Of a DNA stretch of 64,000 nucleotides, positions 1 through 11,700 are shown piece by piece. The position numbers and the translations under genes are program-made. The stretch is from the NCBI GenBank assembly GCA_051294375.1, contig CM119269.1:15201918-15265917 (forward strand). Direction: 5' to 3'. Numbering within the stretch: the stretch's first letter is position 1; the number at the start of each line of letters is the position of its first letter. The DNA comes from Paraspadella gotoi (lineage: Eukaryota; Animalia; Chaetognatha). The notes below the pieces were generated by a model. That model was not told the DNA's origin and did not search any database. It worked only from the letters and a program-made list of their open reading frames with translations.

Positions 1-1028
1 AAGGACATCAATGATGAGAAGCTGAAAATAAATTTTCAGCTTCATACACCCAAATTTAATCATGAAAAAGGCGATCTATAATTTGGAACGCGACAACAAC
101 GTTGCATTACTTGTTTGAGGTAGAAAATGAATTGTTAATTACATACAACTTTTTTATTATTAAACATAAATTTCATACAGGTAATGTAAGCCTTCATCAG
201 CGCAAAAGTAAATTGATTGGTAAAAAAAGTTTTCATAGACAAAGAATCAGGGGAAGAGAAAAAGCGAATTAAAAAACGGTTTTTCGATGGTAAAAAGATA
301 ACATGCGCGACTGGAATGCTTAACATTACGAGTTCGATGCTGGAAAAAATTTCTTTTGAATAAAAAACAAAGAAAGGGAGAGAAAGAGAAAAAAAGAAAG
401 AGAGAAAGAAAGAAATAAGAAAAAAAAAAAGAACATGGAACTTTCAGCTCAGCCGCTGCAGAGCTAAACTTGCTTTTGGAACAATCAGAAGAGGCAACAA
501 CTGAGAAAAAGAAATAAAATTTGTTGCCTATATAACAAGCTAATTTGCATATTACATATTATATTATATTTATATATTTATTATTTATTTATATTATATT
601 ATATTTATTGATTATAAAATGTAAACAAATTTTGATGAATGACCTCATTAGTTTTAAAGGTCCTTGATAATGAGAATATATATCTAAATTTTCAGCTTTG
701 TACAATTGCAAATAATATTAATATTTGCAATATATATAATATTTGAAATATTATACCACTTTATTGATAGGGAAGCCAGATACTCTAGGAGTGAATAAAC
801 GAGACTGAGACAGTCGTGATTAAAAGCTTGCAAGGACCTGCCAAATCATTATCTTGTAAGAGTGATGGAGGCCTTAAACCACCAAAGCCTGTCCATAGTC
901 ATGGGCAATATAGCTTATTTATTAAATGAATGGATAATTTTTATATTTTCATGAGAAGAGATCTATAATTTTTAACGCCAACAACGACGACGCCATTTAC
1001 GGGGACCATCGCATTATTGCGACGATAA
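1..1028 (+). repeat. Family A fragments with a nested family C copy
   Basis: 1-100 matches 44714-44820. 950-1028 repeats the 3' end (gatctataattt...ttgcgacgataa). Confidence 0.65.
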
Positions 1029-2579
1029 AAAGTCGTTGTATGTAAACAAACAATTCATTTTCTACCTCAAATGAGTCAAATGCAACATGTGGATGAATGC
1101 AATATCAGCAATTTGACAATCAAGTTTACATAACATACAGATAGACGCCAGTAGTGCATTGATGAACAGGAGAGAGAAATTAATTTTCGTTCACTTTTTC
1201 AAGTTTTTTTGAAAAAATTATAACGAAAAAACTAAAATTTACTATCCTACATAAAAAAACCATATATATTACCAGTGTTGTTTATAGTTTAATTTAAACT
1301 ATTTTACAAACATAAATAACTTTACTAATAATATTTAAAAATAACTATTCATTGAAAATAAAGCAAACGAAACAAAACGCTTCTTAAAACTTACCAAAAT
1401 GTGTTGCAAAACAAGAAAAATATACTTAAATTTTTTTCAATATTATTAAAAAATATATAAAAAATTAACAGGGTTAATAAACAGTCAGGAAAATATAAAG
1501 TACACTGAGCGAGAAATAAAAAAAGCGAAATCATCAGATCAAGAGAAACACGATAGTGTTCAACAATGAATTCAATGATGACCGCAAAAAACAAAAAAGG
1601 CAAGCGATGAAGGCTCCGGAAACAATAGGAAGAGGAAGTTGGGGTTCAAGTGATAAACACAAGGAAGAGCGCGAGGGAAAGGGAGGGAAAGGGTAAGAAA
1701 GGGAGTTTAGACAAAAGGGGAGAGTATGCCAGGGAGAGGGATGGATATGAAAGAAGATAAGATAAAGTCAAACCTCAGATCTGGTGAGCGTTTGACGCTT
1801 TGAAAATAAGCAAGGGAATGAAACGGAAAAAACACCAAGCCAAAGTCGTAGCGAATTAAATTGATTTAACGATTTAAAAAATATTTCGACTTTCATACGC
1901 TGCTTTTGGGAAAATAGGTTAAGCATAAAGTGGAATTTTTTTACAGTACAAGGACCAAGTTACCTTAACAAATTTTGATATTGTCAGCAAATAGGAATAA
2001 CTCAGGAAACTTGCTAGATAATATTAGTATCTCCTAAATTAACTTTTAATTTCAACAAAAATAAAAAAGCAGTTTTTTAATTATTTTTACAAATACGGTA
2101 TGGCTTTAAGAAGTATATGAACAATATATAAGTCTCCACACTAAAACTCAGCATAATAAGAATTAAGATAAAAATTTAGCCGTATATACTATATAGTTTT
2201 ACAGAAATCTTAGCTTAAATCAGAATCTTATTTTAGGTGAACAAACATAGAAAATGGGCAATATAATTAATGAATGGGGATAGGAAATGAAATAAAACAA
2301 ATAGCAATACATATAAGGGTAACAACAGAACTTATGTCAAGTACCAAGAAAGGTCTGTACAGAGTTGTACAATTGTACCAACGATAGTTTTATCAGTTAG
2401 CTCAGCCGATCTGACAGCGAGGCGATGACTGAAGCGGATAGCAATTCAAGTTTTAACCGCCTCTTTCTGTTCTCTTGTCTGTTGGTTGCGGTTTGGGTGG
2501 AAGTGTTTTCGCCCCAGGTGGCCTAGCTTCCTATCATCGAGATGAACGACTGTTTTTAAAAAATATTTGCAAAATTTTT

Positions 2580-4427
2580 TTACCGTAAACGTACCTGCGG
2601 TCGCAATTTCATTTCCGTCTTTTTCAAGGAATGATTTTGAGAAATGGTCCTCCAGTAAACGCCGTCGATGTAAGCACGCCGATCAGAAGTGCCATTGTAA
2701 TATTTTCCATTCAGATTACTCTGCTTCCAAGAAGTTAGTCGGTACCACCATGCCCCGTGATACCTAAAAATAAGTTCCCGTTTAAAATTTAAGTCATATG
2801 GATGCCAACAAAACGCAGGGTATACGTATGAATGTTGTGGAATCAGAATTCAAACAGTCTGAACCTCGTTGAGGAAGATCCGACGGCGTCGATGTCGTTG
2901 TCCGAGTCTTTCGTGGAGAACTTCATCCCGTCGTGCATCTCATCTTTGCCATTGTAGCGGAAAGAATCGCCGGCGTCCCCATCCCGATACTCGCCGAGTC
3001 GTAGTCTAATCGCGTCAAGAAAAGAAAAAGTTCATTTTTGATAATACAGTAGATATAGCATTCATCTCTAATTAAGAGTGTAAAAAAATCCTATTATTAT
3101 ATAATAAATATTGTTAATTATAACGAAAAAAATTTAATACGCCGTTAAACAATATAATTAACAAGAAACTTTCCTGTAAGCGTCGCACTCATTATTGAGG
3201 GCGAAGGCCTCATAGAGAGCGAAATATCCCTTGGCGTCCCAATCTTCAAAATCGATTCGAAGGGCATAGACCTTTTGATTGGACAGATAAAAGATGTTGT
3301 CGTTTCCTAAATAAAATTCGGAGGTGATGTTTCCGAATCCGTTTTTGTATTCGAGCCAGTAGCGATAAAAGTCGAGTTCGCCGTTGAATCGCCGCTGGAT
3401 CACCGTCCATCCGCCGCCGTCAGTCTCCATGTCACAATAAACCTAAAGGGACGAGACAAACAGTTCGTTACAGATGGGATTTCTCATAACTGGGTTACAA
3501 TTACTGCAACGACGATTTTTAGATGAAGAATATAAGCAAACACAGGCTTAATATTATAATTAACCATTAATTGAAAAAAAATTTTGGAAAAAAAAATTAA
3601 CCTGGATTGGTTCCCAGTATCGAGGCTGCACCGTGTATCTTCCCGACTTGTGAAAACCCATTTCGTAGGCGTCCCAACAATCTCGAGGCAGATTTCCCGG
3701 CGAACCGGAATTTAGGCTACAAAGTTGAAGTTGGCCTCGAAGGCTGTGAATTTCCGCCATAAGGTCATCATAAAACTCTCGTAAACCGCCGAGTTCAGCA
3801 TCGAGCCGAATTTCCTGAACAAATCAAGGCCATTTCAAAATTCAAACTTAACAAAATTCATTGGCTTTTCATTTCACAACCAAAAACAAATAAATTAATA
3901 ATTTCAGTTGCTTCGCTAACATTGTTTATGAGAAACTCGGGGGTCAGACATAGAAAATTTTCGAAAAAGATTTATAATTTACAAAAATTAGAAGTTTGTA
4001 GTATGCACTAAGTGATCAGACGCAGGACAATTGCATGTCTTCATCAAAAACTATCCTTACCAGCTAAATTTTCCACTGAAAACAGCTGATTTCTGCAATA
4101 AATATGCTATGACTACTACGCTACTAAACATGCTTAGACTGCGATGCTATGGTTGCAGTCACCATCAGTTCGATCAGTGTTCATGACGCCAACCTTTTTC
4201 ATATCCGGATGATCACCACCAACGTTTTGGTGTTTGTCCCGCAACTTTCGAATCCTTTCAATTTTGTCCAGGGTAGTTTCTTTCAGTACAGAGTTGGCCA
4301 CCGTCAACTCCGGATCCTCTTCCGGAAGATTTAGGGAATTTTCTTCAAATGTGCCAGTTTCGGCCGCCGTCAACGAAGTTAAGGCGACGAGGACGCAAAC
4401 TAAACCAACAGCGCCCAATGACGTCAT
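2580..4427 (-). CDS. Secreted fibrinogen-related domain protein (FReD; angiopoietin-like/techylectin-like architecture), 5 exons, about 346 aa
   Basis: Exons 4194-4427, 3602-3814, 3174-3442, 2865-3005, 2580-2763 join in frame (phases 0,0,2,2). Signal peptide MTSLGAVGLVCVLVALTSLTAA, a short helical segment, then FBG motifs PRDC, VYCDMETDGGGWTVIQRR, YKNGFG, EFYLGND, YRLRLGEY, GDAGDS, HDGMKFSTKDSDND, GAWWY, SNLNGKY, SLKKTEMKLRP. Intron 3 needs a GA donor. The 3' end could instead splice at 2595 to a tiny exon ending near 2523. Confidence 0.9.
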
Positions 4428-4594
4428 TGCAAATGAAAAGGTTTATTTCCTTGTTAAAAGAAAGGAAGTCTTTGGATAAAACGAAGGAGCTTGTTTACAG
4501 AATGACGCGTATGTACGTACAGATACAAGTAGACTAAACTTTTTAGATCTTCTGGCTTTTCATTGAGTTTTAAAAATTGTCATATTGGTTACTG

Positions 4595-4870
4595 GATCTG
4601 TAGTGGGGATTGTATAAGTTCACCACGCCTATACGCATGACTCTTTCAGTCGTGACCCGATGGCTCAGTGAGTAAAGCCATCAGCTCATGACCACTAGGT
4701 ACTGGGTTCAATCCCAATTCGGTACCTAATCTGTGTGAAGTGTAAGGACGCCCGTAAACAGCCTTGGGGGAAAACCCCCCAAGCCTGGTTCCAAGCCCAG
4801 GACCCGTTCCATGGCTGCTGAGGGGGTATAGAAGTTACGGATAGTAGTCTTCAGTTCACTAAGCGCCTTA
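4595..4870 (+). mobile_element. tRNA-derived SINE-like repeat, family B copy 1
   Basis: A box tggctcagtgag and B box gggttcaatccc. Homologous to reverse-strand copies at 10870-11003 and 59841-60020. Confidence 0.75.
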
Positions 4871-7334
4871 TCCACACATTTAATAGCATGGCCAAAGTTA
4901 AACGGCAAAATTGTTTGTTACATGAATGTATAATATCACGTTGGTTGTATCAATGTACTTCAAGCAGTGATGTAATCCTGAAATATTGAAATATTAAAGA
5001 GAAAAAATTTAAACTAGTGATTTAATTAGGCAAGGATGATTAAAAAAATTAGACGCGATTTATATTTTAATTTCAACTTTTTTTAAAATTCCGACGTGAT
5101 GAACGAAAAACCAATGATATCAAAAGTAAGGCACATTAAAACATTTAAATAATATAAAAATATTTAAAAAATTTTAATCTTTAATTTGTAAATAAAGTTT
5201 AATTTGTTCTTTAAACCTGAAAAAATCATCATCATACCATAATTTTCATTTTATTATTATTTATAATATTAGAATTAAAAAACTAAGGCAGAAAATAATT
5301 TTTAACTTCGTATGGATGCTCCCCCTCCCCATTTAATTATTAGATAAGAAATAAATAATAGTAAAATCTAATACTTAACTTAATCTTATAATTACATTTT
5401 AAAATTTTTATCTTATTTTGTCTAATATAGTTAAACAAGTCTTATAATTTTTAATATTTTTGATAATATTTATATTACAAAACTCTTCGTTAACTTTTTC
5501 CGTCTTAATAAAAAGTCAATGAGAGACTCCGACGAAAAAGAACCAGGAAAATAGGAAAAAAACGAACTTCCCTTGGGGGGATGGCGGACTGAGAGAGAAA
5601 ATACGTCCTACTCTCTCTTGGAAGAGGAAGAGAGGCGAGTGAAACCTTTCCCTAAGGAGTTAAGGAAGAGAAACTGTAAAGAATGACTTTTGGTTATCTC
5701 CAACAAGGGTGAAGGGTGTGTTTGTATGTGTGCGAAAGAGATTAAAATACAAAAAAAATTCTATTTGGCAAAAAGCATAAATGATGATATATATATCAAA
5801 TTTAATTCTGTTTATCCTAAAAGTTTTCATATCTTTTAACAAAATATAATGTTCCTCATTTAGTAACTAATTCTAATACTGATATTATATTTTTATAGAA
5901 ATTAGTAATGTCGTCGAAATTAATAATGACCGACCGAAAAGTTAAAAATAGATGTAAGAAGCCGGTACATAATCAGTCAGATAATTTCTGATAATAATTA
6001 AAATGATTGAGCTGGAAATCAAGTTTTGACAAAATCATTTAAGTGGAAATAAATGTAAAAAACAAGACTATTTTACTATTTTATTTTTTAAAAATTAAAT
6101 ATAAAAATAGAAGTTGGGCATAATTTTACTGAGGGGGGGTTTGGGGGATAATTAAGAAATAAATTTTGTAAAAATTTTGTAAAAAAATATTTCTTTTTAA
6201 ATAATTATTAAAAAGGAATTGTGTATTCGATCCCCGAATCTCTGAGCCACGAGTGAATAATCACCGTGAACTCACATCTGCCTTAATTCTCAAGTTCCTT
6301 ATACAAAACTTATATAAATTATTACCGTCACTTATTTTAGACATATGAACCATCTATTCATACTATATTAACTATGCCATCTAGCGAGTTTAATTATAAT
6401 TATTGTTGAGTGAAAACAATTCGCTATTTCTCCTAGTTCCAACTATACAAAATGGAGTCATTTAATTCTACCAATCGTTACTGTTAATTATTGATTTAAT
6501 AATTGTTATTTGATTATTGCATTGTTAATCAATTTCTCTTAAGTGTTAATTGCATTGTATTGAATATCTATATGCTTTGATTATTTTATTAAGGTATTTG
6601 ATACAATGCAAATAGAACAAATTAAAAACTTTGTTAACTAACTGATTGGAACAATCTAAGAACTTCGACCTTGTGCTGACGACACTTGGCAGACCCTAAC
6701 GATCCTCTCCAGCACGTCGCCAAGTCTACGGCGTCCTTCAAGTTCGTAGCAACGCCGAGAATCAACGACTCATAATCCGGCGTTTCGCCACAGAACCAAA
6801 ACCCCAGTCGGAGAAAGTAATATTTTACCCAAACTTGTTTACTCAATGCGCAGTTAAAATAAGGGGGATTTTCGTTTTGATAATTAATATTAAATTTGAG
6901 TAATTGTCCAGCTTTTGGTTGAATGAAAATATTATGCTTGTTACATTACAGTAGGCCACATTGTTTATTGTGCCATAACCCAAAATTTTTGTTGAAAATT
7001 ATTTTCTTGGTTGGTCATTAAACTTACTTCCAAATTTAGTATGGTATTTATTTTTTATTGTTAAAACTATTTCCCAGCTAACTGCATAGCCAATGTAGTT
7101 GGCTGTATCAAACTATCAGCCCATCCATAACATTCAAATATTCTCAAATCCGAAAGGACTATTGTAAATATTTGTCAGGAAATGCCTGTGACCATCGATA
7201 TATATATAAAATTTAACCAAGATGCTAAAAAAAATTCGATGGTTAGTTGAAAGGATTTAAATATTTTAAAATTAACAAATAAAAAATGAATGGTCCTTTC
7301 ATACAATTGAAACATTCTTTGAAATATTATACTA

Positions 7335-7512
7335 CTTCATTGATAAGCAAGCCAGGTACTCTGGGAGTGAATAAACGAGACTGCGTGAGAGTCTTGATTA
7401 AAAGCTTGTAGGGACCTGCTCTGTCATTATCTTGTAAGAGTACCAGCAAAGCCTGTCCCAAGGGGCAAGATACTGGCTTAAATGAATGAATAATTTTTAT
7501 ATTGGTTGTACC
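7335..7512 (+). repeat. Family C copy
   Basis: Aligns by eye with 762-945 and 52201-52390. Confidence 0.75.
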
Positions 7513-8793
7513 ATATTTAAAAATAGAGCAATAATATGCGAAAAATTTAAAACCCTCAATTTCAATTGAGAGGCCTGTATGTACCTGAAAATAACAGACG
7601 AGTAATTTCGTAAGTTCTTCATCTGTCGCCGCCTTCAACTTCGTCAGCGAAAATCCTCATCCTGTAGCCATAATTTGAAAGGTTTCCATTTTTAGTTGCG
7701 CCGCAAGTAATCACGAAGAAACTCAATAAGTGAAGAGACAGAAATAATTGTTATGAGTTAGTGACAGAACCATTCAATATAAGCAGTCCCTAAGCTTCGG
7801 AGCAGGCAGTAATACTAATACAGGCGGGTTAAGCACCCCGTCCCTCTTTCACTGCTAAGCGAATGATTTGCCTCCTGCGCCAATGGCCTCTGATGGATTT
7901 TAGTCCCCCATATAAGTCGGTCGGTCGGTTCCACTTAAGTTAAAAATACACATAACTCGGGTAATAGTTCATATTTAGTAGGAAGGTAAGGTACCCATAA
8001 GACCTTTAATAATATGCAATGCATATGCATTATGCATCATACTTGACCCCACAGAACGATGGTAATGATGATAAAGTAAATACGGCATATTTGACTGTTT
8101 TAATTGAAACTTTGCAGATAAATGATTAACTATAGGACGTATGTCATACATAAATGACATAATTATGTAGCTACGTTATCTCCCGGAATTACCTATAATA
8201 AAGTCACAGCGGCGCAACACATCTTGTTAATTTCATATCTGGCAAATAATCTAGCTCAATAATTAAGAAAACTAATCTTATCTGATTACTATGCAGCAAA
8301 CAAAATCCGAGTAAAAATAATTTGTTAAAAAGTAAAATAATTTTAATATAATTATAGCGTATAAGTTGTTGAAGCGTACAAAAGTTTTTCAAACAAAAAT
8401 AAAAGCGATAACAAAAGCACGTGCATGATATTGAAACAAGAATTTAAAAATTTAAAAATAGTAAAAAAATCACACCCGATTAATAGAAAACAAAATTTTC
8501 CGTATACTAAAAACAATTAGTCTCCTGCGTAAATTTAAATATTTTAATTCTATTATTTTTGTCAATATGTATCTTGTAAAAGGGATGGATGCCTTAACCT
8601 ACCATCGCCTGTCCAAATTCAATGGCAAGACAGTTAAATTTTATATGTTTTAAATGAGTGAATACATTTTTTACTGGTTGTAGCAATGTCATGTAAGGCA
8701 AAAGGAGAAATACGTTTTGTTAGCATAATCATTAAAGGAAGACCAAAAATTAAAAAAAACTTCCTAATAAGGAACCCCAATCAATATGCACCG

Positions 8794-11700
8794 TCAGTCG
8801 GTTCTCACAACGAGAAAAAGTTTTTGAAGAGTCGAATTAAATTTGTGCATTTTGTTAACAAATGCTTTAGGTTTTTTCTGAAAAGGTATTAATAATCACA
8901 TTAGAAAATGAGTATATATGCGCAGTGCACTAAACTACACAATACCTTCCATGCAACGGCCACAAAATAGATGGGAACACCCGAAAGAATCATAAGAATG
9001 CCAATGCCACTGTTAACGGGATCTTGTATAAGAGGAAATACAACCTAATTGTTGAAAAGTAATTTTATTAAATTTATGACAAACAAAATTTTTTCAGAAT
9101 ATTAAACTTACTAGAAAAACACTTCCAATAATGTATAACACAGGAAAAAACAAATTAACTCTAATCGGCCTCTCGCGATTAGGTTCCGTCCACCTAAGAA
9201 AAAACGAAATTACGGAATTTTTAAAAATAAAAATCTAATTAGTTATAGTTCGAAATTTCCAAGTTATATTGCACCACATTCTAAGAGTGCCCAATATGCG
9301 CATATGTCATTCAGTTTGCTAATAAAATAAATCTAATTATAAAAACCTGAGAACAACGACGACGAAGACCGAAAGCCCCGTAAAGAGCCAGACGGAGAAA
9401 GACGAGTAGTTAATAAGTGCGTCGATATCCGACGAAGCGAGGTAGGCGCAAGTGATTAGGCCCGTGAAAATACAGGCAGGAACTGGGGTCTCCCTTTCAG
9501 TCTTAACGATAAAGAAAAAAAAATAGAACTTTTAGTAAGAAAAGGAGAAATCGAAGATTTTCCGAACTCTTACCTGAACGAAGGTAAGTATTTCTGGCAT
9601 GTGGCCCTCGCGGGCTCCGACAAAGAAGAGGCGCGATGAGGTGAGGATCATGCCGTTGACGCCGCCAAAGGTCGACATGGCTACCTAGTATTTGGTTTCG
9701 CTTTTCATCAATGTCGCCGAAAGTTTACTTCGAGATGCGGCAATACTCACAAAAATAGGCATGATCCACGCCATGGGTCCAAACATTTGATCAGCGAAAG
9801 AGACGGCCACCGCCGGAGAATTAAGCAGTTCACCGGGAGACAATACCTTGGAAAAAAGTAACCGTTTTAGCTTCAACGGGACGAGAGTGTTGAATGATAA
9901 AAATTATAAAAAAGGAAAGTGTGAAACAATTTTCAAAATCTTTAAGTTTTCAAAAAGCGAATATCTAATTATCTACGTATATCAATTTAAAAAAAAAACT
10001 ATTATAAAAAAAAATTACGGTTAAGTAGGAAACATTGGCGAAAACGTAAAAGATAGTACAAATGACGAGTCCGAGACCGAGGGCCCGAGGAAGATTGACA
10101 TAAGGATTCTTTATTTCTTCAGTGATTCCATTTAAATATTGCCAAGAATTGTAGGCAAATAATCCTGTTGTAATGATAGTATTTTAATTTAAAAAAAACA
10201 AAAACATGAGAGATGATGAAGTTCTTAAGTATTAACAGCAATGGTTATAAAAAAAACAAGTACCGAATCAAAAATCATAAAATGGTTCACTAATTATAGG
10301 GCATGTAGACAATGTATTCCGTATTGTAGGCAGGTACTTTTTATTCATGATAAAATTAACAATCCTCATAAAATCTAACCTTGATAAAGAGCGAGAGACA
10401 GGGATCCCAAATCCGATTTAGTTCCTGCCCAGGCATCCTAAAAAAAGTTGGGTGAAGTTTAAGGAAATTAGTTAGATAACTTATCGAAAGTGTTATTTTT
10501 ATTTAAAAAAAAAATAGTAAATATGAAATAATTTGAAAAAAATTGGCACTATCTAAATAGTACAACCGTATAGTAATGGCAGGAGACTTATTCCTGCGGG
10601 TAGAGGATTAGGAGACTGAGTGGGGTAAGCACCCAGCTCATAGAGCTCATAGAGCCTTGCTTTCGATTCAATAAACGGGGAAAAAACGTAAGAACCCTTG
10701 TCAATATCCAATGTACAAACCGACTTGTCATATGCTTTAACTACGTCTAAAAAAGATTTGATTAGTTTAAACAAGTTTGAGCAAACAATGACGGATCTAA
10801 TCGCGATGATTTAGCGATGATTTAACGATTATTTATTGTTTATAATTTTTAACCTTGGTCATTGTAGTGTGGGTTGGGATTGAACCTGTTACCTAGTTGT
10901 CAAGAGCTGATGGCTTTACTCATACTCAATGAGTCACTGGGTTACGACTGAAGGTATGCTTATAGGCAGGGTGAACTTGTGCAATGCCCAACGACAGATG
11001 TACGAACATAATTCGTTATTCTAAGATATTCTAAAATAATCTAAAAGATATACCCAAAATATTGTAGGGTAGGACCGACAAAGTTAAGTATAGAGCCGGA
11101 ATGTGCGACAAGTAGATTCGGCTAAAAACTTAGTGGGGTTACTTAAAATTTCAATGAATACATTTTAAAAAAATTTACAAATTACAATTAATAAATCATT
11201 TAATTAATTTTTAGTACATCATTTTGTATTTCGTATTTTCTTATTTTAAATGGACTAAAAAGCTAGGGCCAGATAAGAGTGGGTCATCCTCTGACGTGAT
11301 CAGCTCGTTTTGTATACGTTTTGTGTACATTTCTACTCTAAAAGTAACCATTTTTTTCACACCGAAAAAACCGTAATAAATGGCCAAATTTTAAAAAAAT
11401 CTAGTAATATATAAAGCAAAGCTTATTAAAAGCTGAAGCGATTAGTCCAAGTCTCAATAAAATCGAACAAAGCGTTCGAAAGTTAATTGGTACAAAAAAT
11501 CTAAACAGAAAAAAAAATTTTATCAGAAAGAGTCAATGACTTTTCTATATTTTAAAAAGTTTATAATACGAAATCAGCTGAACAAATTCAGCAGTCAGCT
11601 TCAAATACCTCTAGGGACCGGTGTCATTCAGTTTTTAACCTAAATCATATATGAAAAAAATTATTTTAAAAGTAAAGAAAAAGCAGTTGAGTGATAACTA

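Noticed and set aside
2605-2630. Apparent frameshift near the FReD C-terminus
   Set aside because: Recounting the T run (5) gives an intact SLKKTEMKLRP.
4061-4092. Extra small FReD exon bounded by cag and gtaag
   Set aside because: A 32-nt exon would break the frame between two exons that already join in phase 0.
4655-4725. Functional tRNA gene
   Set aside because: A and B boxes are present but there is no convincing cloverleaf, and it continues into a repeat body shared with diverged copies.
11053-11121. Candidate missing SLC7 exon (PNLLVAHSG...)
   Set aside because: Wrong exit phase and no family similarity. Exon 10380-10437 ([20 protein letters not shown]) fits in both phase and motif.
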